The notes beneath the pieces were generated by a model. That model did not search any database. It saw only the letters and a program-made list of their open reading frames with translations, and had not been told where the DNA came from. Below, piece by piece: positions 1 through 13,400 of a stretch of DNA of 64,000 nt. The stretch covers positions 310,001 to 374,000 of the forward strand of contig JALMLS010000065.1 in NCBI GenBank assembly GCA_038496445.1, written 5' to 3'. The stretch's first letter is position 1. Every line of letters begins with the position of its first letter. This stretch comes from Trichosphaerium sp. ATCC 40318. Lineage: Eukaryota; Protista; Tubulinea. The translations under genes were made by a program, and so were the position numbers.

Positions 1-1860
1 CCATCACCCACGCCTTTACCAAGCACACATTTTTTAGTACCTACTGGTGATCTTGGCCCTCTACCATTATGACCATGGTAAGTGTTATCAGGTACCTAAT
101 TATTGTCAACAAGGACATTGTAGTTTTGGAGCAAAGAGTTTTTCTGTACCCATATATCTGCGTGGTCATTGAAGGAGTCTGAAAGAGCTTTAAACTCAAT
201 TAAAAAGTGCTTTCTCCACTCGTTTGAATACTTTTGTTTTTCTTCAGGAGCAAGAGGTTTAAAATAAGGGTTTTCTTCAGAAATAAAGAAAGGTGCAAGA
301 CTCTTTCCTAAAAATAGCTATTAATAATCTGCTTGCACGAGTATTGTTGTTTATAAGGTACCATCCATAAATTTTGGCTTTGCAACTCCAGCTAGATCGA
401 GCAAGGTCGGTGTAAAATCAACGTTGCCGCTGACTTGCGGAATCTTGGCACCTGGCTTAATACCAGGGCCGCGAACAATGTAAGGGATACGGATGTCAGT
501 TTCATAAGGCTGTAATTTAGCTGTAGGTAAGCGCCATTGACCTAGTTTATATCCCTAAAAACCAAGAACTAAGTTGTAAAGACTCATAAAGGTAAAAAAA
601 TAATTGTTACTATTTGCGCACGTGATCACTTGAGTAAAATATGTATGTATCGTCAAGTATGTCTAATTTTTCGAGAAGCTGAATCACTGAGGATACTATT
701 TCGTCTACAGATATAAGTGAGCTCCACCTGTCCTTCATTTGTTGCTCTATCCATTGAGCTGCAAGTTCATTAAAAGGAGGATTTTGTCTTATCATCTGAT
801 GTTTGTCCGGAGAAGATGCATTCCAGTTCGGTGTTACTGGGTATGTCAAGTTTTCAAAAGGAGTGTTTTGAACCCACGGTGCTGGTGTAGCAGGATAGTG
901 AGGTGCATGAGGACCAATATACGCGAAGAAAGGTTGACCTGTTGGGCTGTTAAAACGACATAAACAAAGTGTCAAAAAAGACGGATTCGTGCCTGTTTTA
1001 ACAATTTCGTTGATCCAAGATAGCGACCTGTTTCCAATTTGACTCGTTTGATATGTCTCTGGCTTCATTTCTAACTGTTCTATGTGTTTAGACCCATTTG
1101 GATACTTAACAAAGTATTTTTTTGAATAAAAGACATTGTAGTCACAAGGAGAGCTTATCATAGTCATTCCTGCGTCTCTTTTCTTTCCACAAAAGTACTC
1201 TGTCTGGTCGTTTGTAACTTTACCAAATACACCTTTGAAGAGATAGGAATGTAAGCTTTATACGGAAAAAGAGAAGGAAGAGTCGAATCGATTGAAAAAT
1301 CGATGGAAAAGTAGAACTCAGAAATTTATATCACCTCCGGTTTTTCTCACCTGTGGCGTAACCTGCGCTTTCGAGAATACCGAACATACTCGCAGTTACA
1401 TTGAATACATTGTCTTCAGCATTTATATGCATACAAGTACCATTGGGAGCGCCAATGTTGTGATAATAGCGGCCTTGTTGTTACAAGTTAAAACAACGGT
1501 TCTAACCACGTGATCTTATCACGTGCCTGTAATAAATTCTGTTCGGGAAGGACAACAAACTGGTGTCGCTACAAAAAAGTTCTCGAAATACGCTCCTTCA
1601 TCAATCAACAGCTTTCTAGTTTCTGGCATCGCCTAAAGCTCATATAAACTAATAGTACTCTATTGTTGTAAAAAGGGACTTCAGTTGGTACAATTTATTT
1701 AAGATCGTACCGCAAGCGAGCCTATATCTGTGTATTCACGTGGGTTTCTTCCAAGTTGAATATCTTGATCATCAGTTAGAATAAACACGAAATTAGGTTG
1801 TTTCGCTGCTATAACAATAAAAACGGTAAACAAGCATATTGCGTTTACAAGTGTCATCAT
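1..1860 (-). CDS. Secreted/lysosomal sulfatase, N-acetylglucosamine-6-sulfatase-like (multi-exon; 3' end runs off the window)
   Basis: Signal peptide [19 protein letters not shown] then [14 protein letters not shown]; sulfatase signature [12 protein letters not shown]|RYYHN (about 1460-1565); [12 protein letters not shown]; YIFYSSDH|GYKLGQW; [19 protein letters not shown]. Confidence 0.93.
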
Positions 1861-2454
1861 TGTATTGAACTTCTATCTAACAACAAACGTGAGTGCACAC
1901 TGTGACTTAAGTTTGAAGGTAGAGCCACAAATTTATTATCTCCACGTGATGATGCTATGTAGGTTTGTTTTTTGTTCTCATGAAGTCATCCAAAGCATAG
2001 TCGTTCGGCCGTTGCTTACTCTATCTATATTACGAACAACGCTTATTAACTATCGTAGTGTGCTTGCTGCAGAGAAGCAACCAACATGTGACTTTCCTTT
2101 GAATACTCTAAGCAACCTTACACAATAACACTTACACTTGAACAAATACCCTTGTGAAGCATTCTTAAATCTATATCTTGGCTTTATTTGTTATGGAAAC
2201 TGTGTATTTTTTCTTGAGGTACATTGCCTTTGATGTGTCTCCTACAAACTTTCATTTACATGAGCCACGTTGTGGATAGAACGAGTACGGAAGAGGATTG
2301 TCATCTAGTTATTCCTGAGAGATGAACTCTGGGTGGTGCACAATACAAGGGGAATACCTATGTGCGGATGTGTTACTTTTTGAACTCTTACAACGTAAAT
2401 AACACATAAATGTTTGGATAAACGAGGGCTTTATTAAAAAGCAAGGTTCTGCTT

Positions 2455-3150
2455 CTAGTTGATACAAACACCACAGTTTCCAGCGTTAGTAAGAATAACA
2501 GTTGATCGACTACCGTTACCGTTAATGACTTCATTTCCAGTCCAACAAAACAAGTATGAATTATAGATGTACACTTCAGAAAACCTCCAACCGTCGCCCC
2601 CCAGAATTTCCATTTCTACTCCCTCCAATATTCTGTTCGGGTCCTTAACTGGTTGATCTCTAATATTAAAATAATCACGTGCACCAATCTCAAAATCGTT
2701 TTTGTGTGGGTCATCAACGTTATAACTCCAAGGCGAATTGGTACCATCAGTGTATTTGTATCGGTATCTTATTTGTGAATCAGTGCCATCGCCTGTCCCG
2801 CTTTCTGTTTGTGTTACAATGAAGGTATCTTCCTTATCTGTGTTAGGTGGAATATTCTTCCTGTATACGTCGCCGTAGTAGGGTGCATAGTCCAAAACGC
2901 AATTACTCAAAGTATAAATTTGGCAACGGGTTTCTGTCCAGACTCTAATGAAGTTACAATAGCTTCTACTATCACACGCTTGTTTGCACTGTTCCAAATT
3001 AGTTTGATGTAGTGTATAGTAACATGTTGGTACGCCCTGGCAAGAGCACTGGTAAAAATCGTTTATGGACAAAGGGGTGTAGGTGTAGGCATACGAGTAC
3101 GATACACAAATTACAACGAAAAGCGACAACAATATAGTTGAGACAGTCAT
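2455..3150 (-). CDS. Intronless secreted protein: Cys-rich PAN/apple-like module plus PLAT/LH2-like domain
   Basis: 231-aa ORF with signal peptide; LEQCKQACDSRSYC..RCQIY (PAN-like); GTGDGTDSQI, DFEIGARDYF and DGWRFSEVYI (PLAT-like motifs). Confidence 0.7.
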   Translation of the reverse strand: MTVSTILLSLFVVICVSYSYAYTYTPLSINDFYQCSCQGVPTCYYTLHQTNLEQCKQACDSRSYCNFIRVWTETRCQIYTLSNCVLDYAPYYGDVYRKNIPPNTDKEDTFIVTQTESGTGDGTDSQIRYRYKYTDGTNSPWSYNVDDPHKNDFEIGARDYFNIRDQPVKDPNRILEGVEMEILGGDGWRFSEVYIYNSYLFCWTGNEVINGNGSRSTVILTNAGNCGVCIN

Positions 3151-3461
3151 CAGTGGTTTGAAGCAACTGAGCGATTTCGTTTAAAGAATGGTGATGACCT
3201 GTAATACTAAGACTAATTCACCTGAGTCTGAAAAATAATAAAATTAAGTTTAGTGGAGCTAAAAATCATCACGTGCTTGCTACTAATCGGAGGGAACCTT
3301 TTTTTGAAAAGTAAGCTCAACACTAAATTAATCTTTGGGTAAAAGTTTTTTGGCTTTACAACAGTTTATAATAGCCAATCGCATCTACATAGCACGCACG
3401 TACTTGCTTACATTGAAAAAAAAAAAAAAAAAATCCATTAAAAACAAAACAAGTGTTTGGA

Positions 3462-6400
3462 TCACTGTACAAGGTCTTTTATTTCACCGGTTTTTATATC
3501 CATTATCATACGGTGTCTGAAATACGCCATATCCTTTTGAGAAAAGTCAAAACGTGCTCCTCTTCCTACACATTCTGCAAACCGACACAAGAAAACACCA
3601 CAATCGTATCCATTATGTTGATGAGGTATTTTATCTGGCATATCATCTGTCCAGTCTGAAAGATCATACTCACCTCCCTTATATTTCTCATACTCTGAAG
3701 TAACATATCCACGAAGTTTCTAGACATAAAGAAGTAAACACGATGAGATTTTTAGGAAGATAAAAGAAGAAGAAGAACCAACTTTTTCAAAAACTTTTTT
3801 GAACAATTTTTCTGTCATACCTCTAAACATTTTGGATTTGGAGATCCAAGAGAGTCATAGTATTCGAATTTCTTTTCTTTAAAATTAATAACAGAAAGAC
3901 ACCAATGAGATCCAAGATGTACAGGTACAACAACCTTATCAAGCTCAAAGATATCAATCTTTGCCTAAAAGAATAAAAAAAGTCAAAAAAAAAAAAAAAC
4001 TTACAAAGAACAAAAAAAATTTCAAACTCTTGCTTGACAAGTACCTTCTTTGACCACCGTCTTACACCTTTGTACCCACGATCTTTTAGTATTTTATAAA
4101 AGAAAGTATTGTAGTAATGGCAACGAAGTGTTTCCTTTGGGAACTTAATCTCTCTCTCATGTAACAGCTTCATATAAAAATTAATGACTTCATCATTAAG
4201 CCAGCCACTTCTATCATAAAGTGTTTTAAGGTCCTTGACCTTAATATCGATATTGAATTTATCAATAATAACAGTCATTTGTCCTTTCTTGAATATATCA
4301 CTTATTTCTTTAGTCTGTTCACTACGAGGTATGAGTAACAAAAGACAAACTAAAAGAAGAAGAAAATCCAAGAATTACTTGAAACAAGCACTTGATACAC
4401 CAAAAAAAAAGTACACATTGTATGTGAGGATGATATTTTTGTGGTTAAACGTGTGGTAGTTTAGAAAAAAGCTTCACAGAAAAGAGAAAAAAAATGAAAA
4501 CAACTACGAAGCACGTACGCTGACATCTCCCTAACAGGTACACCAGTCTCCTTGAAACCTTTGCGAATATCACTAGCCTTTTTTCTAGCATCTCGGAGCT
4601 CGTTGAGCCTTTAAATAAAGCAACAAGGTCAGTACTTATCAACAACTCGAGTTTCATATATACCTTCTATCTTGGTTCTTTTTTAGCCCTTCTCTCAACT
4701 CCCTACCTTCAGCTTCTAGCTGTTCAGTCCTTGCAATTTGCTCAAGAATCTAAAAAAATACATAAGAACGATAAACTCCAACAATAAATCCAAAAAAAAA
4801 ATGAAAATTTGTTGGGTACCTGTCTATTTATTTCAATCTCAGAATCCTTGTACTTTGCTGCCAAGTCTCTTATAAGATTCAATTGACGCATAGACTCTGT
4901 CATTGGTTCTTGTGGTTTATCATGTTTTTCAGGCGTAGAGCTACCTCTAGTCGCCAAATCTTGGTTATAAGAGCGTAGCTCTTGAGAGACCCTAAATAAT
5001 AAAATAAGTCTCTTCAACGCTATTACAGTTTTCCACGAAACCAGACAACAAGAAGGATATAAATATCAATAAAAGTACTTACACATCACTATTAGGCGGG
5101 TTAGCTGCCCACATTGAGTCATTGTCCATTGTAAGATCAATAAGAGAGTCACGCCGTGTTGAACGCTGTTTATCCATATCGCTACTAACAATGCTTACAT
5201 CATCTGCACTAAACACTGATTCGCTATAATCAGAAGCAAAAGACATCCCAACACTACGGTCATCGAAAGATGGTGGCTCTAGTTAAACAAATAAACACTA
5301 AAAACGAGAAATACAAAAAAAACTTACCAAGTAATGCTGTTTGAAGTGGTGCACTGTTGCGATTGATATATGGACTTCTAAGAACTTCAACATCTGTAGC
5401 ACGACGAGGAACATCTGGTTCGATAAATTGTTGATCAGTTGTTGTCCTTCTATGTATTGAGCCTGGTGAATATGTTGATAGTGCTAAATGATTTCCTCTT
5501 GGTGTGCTATTTGCACTTGGTGTGCTGTTTGTTCTAGGACGCGGACGTGGTGCCAGTGTATGTAGTGGACGTGGTGTTATTGCGCGTAGTGGAGAATTAT
5601 TATCTGTAGTATGTCTCCAAGACCGTGTCACCTGTAAAAAGAGTCAATACTAACTTCTCGTAGCTGATGTACTCACTTCAGGCGCAATTTGACTCTGATG
5701 TGCAACTGGCGTAAATCTATCAGGAGAACGTTGTTGCCTAAGCATGTTAGAATAAAGGTTTTACTGACCTTGGAATTGAATGAAAAATAACTCGTTTTCA
5801 ACGTGACACGTGGATTATAGCATGCGTCATTAACCCACTACGTACTCGAGTGCTCGATATACATCTGGATTGGTGCGCAGCAAGTGTTCTTGTACAGCAT
5901 ATTGCTCGCCATTTTTTGTCTTTGTACAACATTAGAGACAACCACCAAAAGAAACAATAATAAAAAATGACTATTGGTAGTAAAACATACCATGATATCA
6001 CACATGGACAGGTTATGCAAACTTGTCACCAGCTCAGACAATTGTGGAGTTTTCTCTTTACGTGGAGATACAAACGACTACAGACATGTTAGTTGTCACA
6101 AAAACAGAAAAACTTGGATTTGGCACAAAAAAAAAGCCGTTAATGTCCTGTAAAAAAAAAGAACAGAATTCAACTATATTGTGATCATTAATGTTAGATA
6201 GTCATATGACGCACCTGTGCTACGCCCCGTCTATCTGAAAGTGTGTTTAAAGGAGACGCGGGTAATTGCGGTCTGGTAGGTGTTGTTCGCCTTGTTGCGC
6301 GCCAATCTATCATAGGTGGCGGCGTTGTGGTGTCACTTCGCTTTTCTTCGATTATTTGCACGGAGGGCTCCTACAAATAATTTAGAAATAGCCCTAATAC

Positions 6401-6961
6401 ATCACTGTCGCGGAGGAAACAGTTTCGGGAGCCGAGTAAAGCTACTGATTGATGGTTATTTTTTTTCGCAAAAGAACTTTCTTTAAACTTTCGTAGGAGT
6501 ACAGTAGTACTACCAACAATGATTTCTAAGGGTTTTTTTAAATTTGTAATCTTAGTACCATCACAGAAGTAGCAACTCGTGTAGGAAAATCGTCTACTAT
6601 GCATAGGACGCATTAGAGGATTAAATAAAAAACATTTGGTGTACGTCGTGCGGTTGGCGCTGTAAATGCCCACTGAGCTGTAGTAATAACAGTACTGATG
6701 CCAGTTTTTACCGTGTTCCACACAGATGCAAAGGTGCTTGCTAGAACGCAAATAAGCACAATAAATGTCAATAAATTATACCGCTTCTTGGCCGCTTTAC
6801 AATAGGCTCTTCGTATTCCACTCCTCTAAGACAAATGTTAGTCTACAATTAATGCTCTAACTTCAATCAACAAAATAATGGCGTAAAACATAATTTAGTT
6901 ATGTTTTAAGCACTTACACCTCATCCGCTTGTCTTTTCCTTTTTCTTGAGGTTGCGATCAT
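3462..6961 (-). CDS. Sentrin/SUMO-specific protease (Ulp1/SENP1-like, peptidase C48), multi-exon with long low-complexity N-terminus
   Basis: [30 protein letters not shown] (catalytic His) and [12 protein letters not shown] (catalytic Cys); stop at 3462. Upstream exons traced to ATG 6961 ([14 protein letters not shown]-like); 5' model is less certain than the domain. Confidence 0.9.
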
Positions 6962-7139
6962 GCTTATTCGTAGAGCATACTCAACCTAATAGGATGGCTT
7001 CGGGAGACACAATGGTTGCTACAGAAAGCTCTGGACAAAAAAGGCTCGATAGTTTGGTCAATATCTATCTGAGGGCGAAAAACAAATGTTGCGAAAAACG
7101 CTCAGTTTTCAGTGACTACCAAAACGTTCTCCGCACATA

Positions 7140-8893
7140 ATGACCTCCGAACAAGATGTAAAAAAGGAGATCTATACGTGTGAGGTAAAAAAGCTGTTTT
7201 AAAACAACGATTAGATTTTTCTTAATACGCAAGGGGTTAATACTAACGCCGCACAGTCCGACTGGATGATTTACGGTATGAACTGGTCAGTTCGACCAGA
7301 CAAACCGTATCGCCTCGCAATTGGTTCTTTCATCGACAGCCACACCAATAAAGTGCGAGTAACCCAATTAAATGACAAAACTGGTGTTTTTGAACAAAAA
7401 GCAGAGTTTGATCATCCATACCCAACAACAAAGATAATGTGGATACCTGACAAATCTGCAACACGCGCTGATCTGCTTGGCACTACGGGCGACAAAATGA
7501 GGATATGGGAGGTAACAGATGACGGTGTTAAGAGTAGATCTCTCCTAAATAACGTACGCCAAACGGTAGTAATTATAGTTCAAGAAAATTTGTAGTGTAA
7601 ACTTTTTTGTTTTTTTTTCGTTTTTTATTACTTCTACAAACAACAAAAAACAAATCAAGCCACCTCTATTTTTACTTTACCAAGTTAACTAAAACGTAAT
7701 TTAAAAGAACAAAAACTCGGAATTTTGCGCACCTCTGACAAGTTTTGACTGGAATGAAACAAACCCTGAGATTGTCGGTACCTCATCCATCGACACAACA
7801 TGTACAATATGGAATATAAAGGTAAATATCAATTTTTTTTTTTGTTCGTTTTTTTTTACATTTACACGTGTAAAGACTGAACAAGCTATAACACAACTCA
7901 TCGCACACGATAAAGAAGTATACGATATAGCGTTTGCAAGAGGTATGGAGATGTTTCAAAAAAAAACAAAAAAAAGGAACTATATTTTGGACTAAAACTT
8001 CGTTAGGAACCGATGTATTTGCTAGTGTAGGCGCAGGTAACGTTTAAATCAGGTTTAAAATTATATTCATTGTCTAAATATTTTTTTACGAACAGATGGC
8101 TCTGTTAGAATGTTTGATTTGAGGAGTCTAGAGCATTCTACTATTATATATGAAGCACAGGATTTAACAGCATTGTTACGTCTCTCTTGGAATAAGCAAG
8201 GTAAATTAATCGATTTGTTTTCCTTTTTCGTTCTTTAGCACTTTATTGGCTGTTACAATAACTGCAAAATACGATACCAGTATTATTGGAGTATTGTACT
8301 ACATTACAATTAGTTTTGCCGGAAAAGATTTTCTCTAAATTTATTCGTTATTTAACACCGCTGTAGACCCAAATTATCTCGCAACGATGATGATGGACAA
8401 CTCAAAATGCATTATTCTAGATATCCGCGTTCCTTCTCTTCCTGCTGCGGAATTACAGGTAAGTATCTTATAAAACGATTTTAATAGCGTCTTTGTGTCG
8501 TTTAACTTTATTTATTACTTCATTACTGCTGTACTTCCCGATTTGGAACAGTGTTTTACAGTTTTTCTCACATTTCATCTTAGGGTCACAGTTCGTGTTT
8601 GAATGCTCTTGCTTGGGCGCCACATTCTAGCTGTCATATATGTACTGCAGGAGACGATGCCCAAGCGCTTATATGGGACCTTTCGCCTATGCCTAAGCAA
8701 ATTACAGGTTCGTATTTTTTTTTTCTTCAAATTGCTTCAAGTTTGCAACAAGTATTTGCTAAAACCTGATTTCTTAGATCCTATTTTGGCGTACAGTGCA
8801 GAAGCGCCTATTAATCAGCTTCAATGGTCATCAATACAACCAGATTGGATTGCTATTGCATACGGAAAGAAGCTACAAATTTTGCGCGTGTGA
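7140..8893 (+). CDS. DCAF7: DDB1- and CUL4-associated factor 7 (WDR68/AN11/TTG1 family WD40 protein)
   Basis: [79 protein letters not shown]-terminal LQILRV*. Confidence 0.96.
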
Positions 8894-9245
8894 GAAGCCG
8901 TTTTATGAGAAAGAAACACACCTTACAGTTTTATGCGTCAGCAGAAGCGCCAACCCAACAAACACATTAGTTTTTTTTTTTTCACAAAAATCTGCGGCGA
9001 GATATCGTATGTATGCCATGTGGTACCCGTAATTGTACCATACAAAAAAAGTTAAAAAATGACAAAAAAGAAAGTTGTTTTTGGTTAAGGAAGCCTCTCA
9101 GGTTATGATATTAGTGTTATACGTGTAAGTGGATGCTGTGTTGTTCAACAAGACTGCTATACTGTAGAAAAAAGATGACAGAATTGATTCACTGAGCGAA
9201 AAAAAAAAAGTTTGTGTGCGTATTTGTTTGACTTGTTAAACGGAA

Positions 9246-10410
9246 ATGTACCGCGCTCTGAGAACTACGACACGTAGGTCAAGTACTCGCGTAGTTAATA
9301 ACGCTATCAGATGCTTTACTACTATAACTGTGAGTGACGTCGATGTTGGCGTTACTTCCAATGCTGGGAATAAGCGAGTGGCGTGTTTAAAGTTAAATAA
9401 CCCTAAACGACGAAATGCGTTATCTTTGGCTACTCTGACTGAACTAAAAGCTGCAATAAAGCAAATATCTGAATCTGACGCCAAGGCGTTGATAATCAAG
9501 GTGTGCTTTTGAAGTGTTGGGTTTTTTTTGATTGTTTTTAACTTTCCCAGGCAGCTCCACCTGTATTTTCAGCTGGTCATGATCTAAAGGAGCTTTTAGC
9601 TGCTGACAAGCAAAAGTCCCAAGAAATTTTTGGCACTTGTACAGACGTTATGATGGGTGTTCGCAATCTCAATATTCCAGTCATAGCGCAAGTGCGTGAG
9701 AAGAGGTGTCAGTTGACGTTTTTGAACAAAAACAAGTTTTCAGGGCGATCATTTCTAAGTCTTTGTAGGTTGAAGGTTTAGCAACCGCAGCAGGTTGTCA
9801 ACTCGTTGCCATGTGTGATTTGGTTGTCGCTTCAAAAAAAGCAAAGTTTCAAACTCCTGGCGTTAATATAGGTTTATTTTGTACTACGCCTGGTGTAGCT
9901 GTGGCAAGGGCTATGACCTCAACAAAGAAAGTGATGGAAATGTTGCTGACAGGTGAGATTTCGCAGTTTGATTTTTTTTGGTTTTCTTCGACATCTCTCG
10001 TTAGTATTTACGCTTGATAAGGCGAAGCCATGTCTGCTGAAGATGCAGTACTCTTTGGGCTTGTAAATAAAGCTGTAGATCCAGAGAAAGTTGAAGAAGA
10101 AACTCTAGAATTGACTCGTAAAGTAATATCTAAGAGCTCTGCTGTCCTTGGTATTGGTAAAGAGGCTTTTTATAAGCAAATACAAAAACCTATTGAAGGT
10201 GCTTATGATTTCGGTGAGGAGGTCATGTGTAGGTACGTCAAACGAGTAAAGGAAGCTGTCGGTCTTTTTTTTTGTTTTCCGATTTTTTTATTTATTGATT
10301 ACTTCGTGACGTTTAACGCTATATTCGTACTATATAGGAATTTGGCACATGATGACACTCAAGAAGGGCTTACTGCTTTTGTAGAGAAGCGTCATCCGAA
10401 ATGGGATTAA
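9246..10410 (+). CDS. ECHDC3: Mitochondrial enoyl-CoA hydratase domain-containing protein 3-like
   Basis: Arg/Thr-rich presequence; [71 protein letters not shown]. Confidence 0.92.
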
Positions 10411-13400
10411 ATAAGAAGTTATTAATCCGATTTTTTTTTATTGTCATTATTTGTTAGTGTTACAAGTAGTGGTGTGGTTAAAAGTAAAGTGGTGGTGATT
10501 AAATGTTTTTTTTTTTGTGAAACGCCATGCAGTTTTTTTTCTGTTTTTTTTCAAGTTGCCGTTTCAGGTGTTTTTGAGTTGTGAGTGGATGAAGAATTAA
10601 TACTTCGTGACTTACCCTTTAATAGTATATACAAGTGAAGGTTGGGCGTTTGGGTTTTGAGTTTTCTTCAACTGTTTCTGGAAAGAAATTCCTTTTTTCT
10701 TTTTTTTGCGTTTTTTTTCTTTTTTTTTTTTGCGTTTTCTTGTGATTGTGGTGTGTTTTGTGCATTTGTTTTGCTCAGTTTAGTAAGTAGTTTAATCCCA
10801 TGCGTTTTGTCTTCTTATACGTAGAAACTCGAGCAGGCTCTGGGAGAGATGAGCATCTCTTTCTCTTCTTTTTTAATTTTTTTTTTGAATTCCTTTTAAA
10901 CTCTTGTAAATGAGACATCCCTAAAGGCACGTGATAACTGTTATCTGATACATAACACATAAACTCGTTATTGGATTTTCCTTTTCGTTCATTAAATAGT
11001 GATTGAGTTCTGTATATCGCCATTAAAACCTTATAGTTGGACACTACAAAAAAGCGCAAGACATTAGTTCCAAAAACAAAAAAAAAAGCAAAAAAAAAAA
11101 ACCGACAGACTATTTCCGTTGTTGTGAGCCGGCATCCGAAGTTGATGTGGTGCACAGGGTTTTAATACAAGGATAGAAACAAATTTCCTCCGCGATATAG
11201 TACATGTACACGCCACGAAGTAACCACATAAAACAGCTGCAACAGTTTGAAGTAGGTGCTGCAGTTAACATACCTTTTTTCTTTTCCCGACGGTTCCAAA
11301 TAGATACGAGTGGTGCTCCTCGGATGCATTGCAGTAAGTCGCATTCAACAGACTCAGTCTTTGTATCGAACGTAGCCTATAAACCACACCAAATTTTTTA
11401 GAACTCTTTTTTTAACAATTTGATTACTCTATAACTCAAAAATATGTACTTACTTCATTTACTAGATGAACGTGGAGTAATTTTAAGTTTTGTACTTGAT
11501 CATCTGTTCTATATCGATTAACATCTACCCTGGATGGTTTATGTCGATGTGATACAAGATCTACTTGGTTGTCTTGCGACGACATTAGTCCCTGTAGTGA
11601 TTTGATGTATGCACTAAAAAAGGCAAGAAAAGGAGGAATTTTGCCCCTACTTATGAACCACTTTTACTTTGTGTGATCAAAGTGATACTATTAGAACATC
11701 ACACAAGTATAGATATACTCTAGAATATACTTCGCTTTTAAACACTTGCCGGTTCAAGAAAGTCCGAAGGTATGTTTTTTTTAAATACAATACTCTCACG
11801 TACATATTAATACAACTCAGTACGTATTACATAGTACTTTGTAGTGTTTTATTTAGTTCTGTATGCTACAAGATCAAGATACTAAAGAACATGTTAAAGA
11901 ACGCTATAGAATGCGTCAGTCTACTGTTGGGTTGATTCGAGTAAATGTACAGAATTTCTGATTAATTGTTGGGGTTTTACGCTATTGTCTTAAAATGCGA
12001 AAAAGCCCATCTACTAGGTATCACTTGCATGTACTTGGTACTGCAACGGACGAAAATAGCGAATAAGGTCGTTTATCAAAAATAAGTCAAGAAAATCGAA
12101 ACTTCGCTGTAGGAGCACTAAAGTGTTAGTAGGAATTTCGGACGTACGAAATAACCAAGTTTCTTTGTTGTTCAAGAATGGAAATTTGGCAGAATTCCTG
12201 AGAAACTAAATTCATCCGTGACGTTATACTACAGGTTTATATTTAGTTTATCACTTTATATACGCTCGTGGTACACACGTACGTATTATTTACCGTTTGC
12301 GTAGAGGACTTCAGCTACATTGTTGCTTGCTGATGACATTGTACCTCCAAATACGTTCAATGAGCCCCTGGTGCTCATCAATTACTAGCTCCGGCATATT
12401 CCGCGTTCAAGTAGGGAGTATTCGTATGTTTGTTACGCATCATCAAGAAAAAGTCGTTATGTGGTGATATACTATCCTGTAGCTACCATCTACGCATGCT
12501 ATACGTTCCCAAATATGTCTCCTATTGAAATTTCTCCTTTGTAGTCTCTAAGCTCCTCGTAACAACTGGTACTTCAGGAATTTGTGGCTTGCTAAATATG
12601 GAGTATGTTTTTTTTGCCTTACTGAATACAGCATCGCCGCTATTTGATAGACTATCTATTTCCAATACTTCTAACGAGCAGTACGTTAAACATGATGAGT
12701 TTGTGTAACACTCAGATGATATTTAAACCCGTTAAACTCTCCGGATGATTCCACTTGTTGTATGTATTGATATGGTGTATTGGTTTGCTATTTCAGCGAC
12801 ACTCCGTTGAATGTTTTGTGATTGTTAAGATTTGGACTGTAGGTCTTAGTACGTGCGTCCCTTGGAGATATCATTAGCAGAAACGTTAACAAACACATTG
12901 ATATAGTTTATAGCAACGGTTTACAAGCATCACAAAGTTAAACAGGTTTTTTCCAAACGGTGTAAGTAAAGTTACCTTGTTTCCACTTTAAACTACGTAG
13001 TAGCACTACGAAAACGTCATAGTAATTTATATTGGTGAACGTACGTTTCTTCGGAGCCACCTTTCGAAAAAAAAAAAAACCTCTAAGTGGAAGAGTTAGA
13101 GTATCAAGGCTATTTCGTAGACGCTATAACGTGCATGTTTGTAGCTTCGGAAATGGAATACAGTTTCTCTTGTGTACCACTTTTAGATTGCTACGCAGTA
13201 GGAGATTATTAGTAATACAATAACTACCTGCAGTTTAAAAGTGCGAACAATATCTAAAGTGATTGGTTTGGTTTATTTCCTTGGCGAGCTGAGTAGTTTC
13301 TATCTTCGTCCCAGCGCTACAGTCGTAGACCGATATACCCACTAACATTTTGATACTATTCGTAGGACTTAGGCAGCTGTGGAATGTATTGTGCCTTCGA

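Noticed and set aside
5743-5745. ATG as the SENP start
   Set aside because: It lies within an intron 3' end (CTAAC..TAG); upstream exons continue to 6961
6777-6870. Duplicated ATACCGCTTCTTGGCC.. resembles the 5' end of U2 snRNA
   Set aside because: No GTAGTA branch-pairing sequence or Sm site; the minus strand is an exon of the SENP gene with proper splice signals
10642-11155. Short Phe/Lys-rich ORFs here and many antisense ORFs elsewhere in the track
   Set aside because: Products of poly-T/poly-A tracts or shadows of real exons; no motifs
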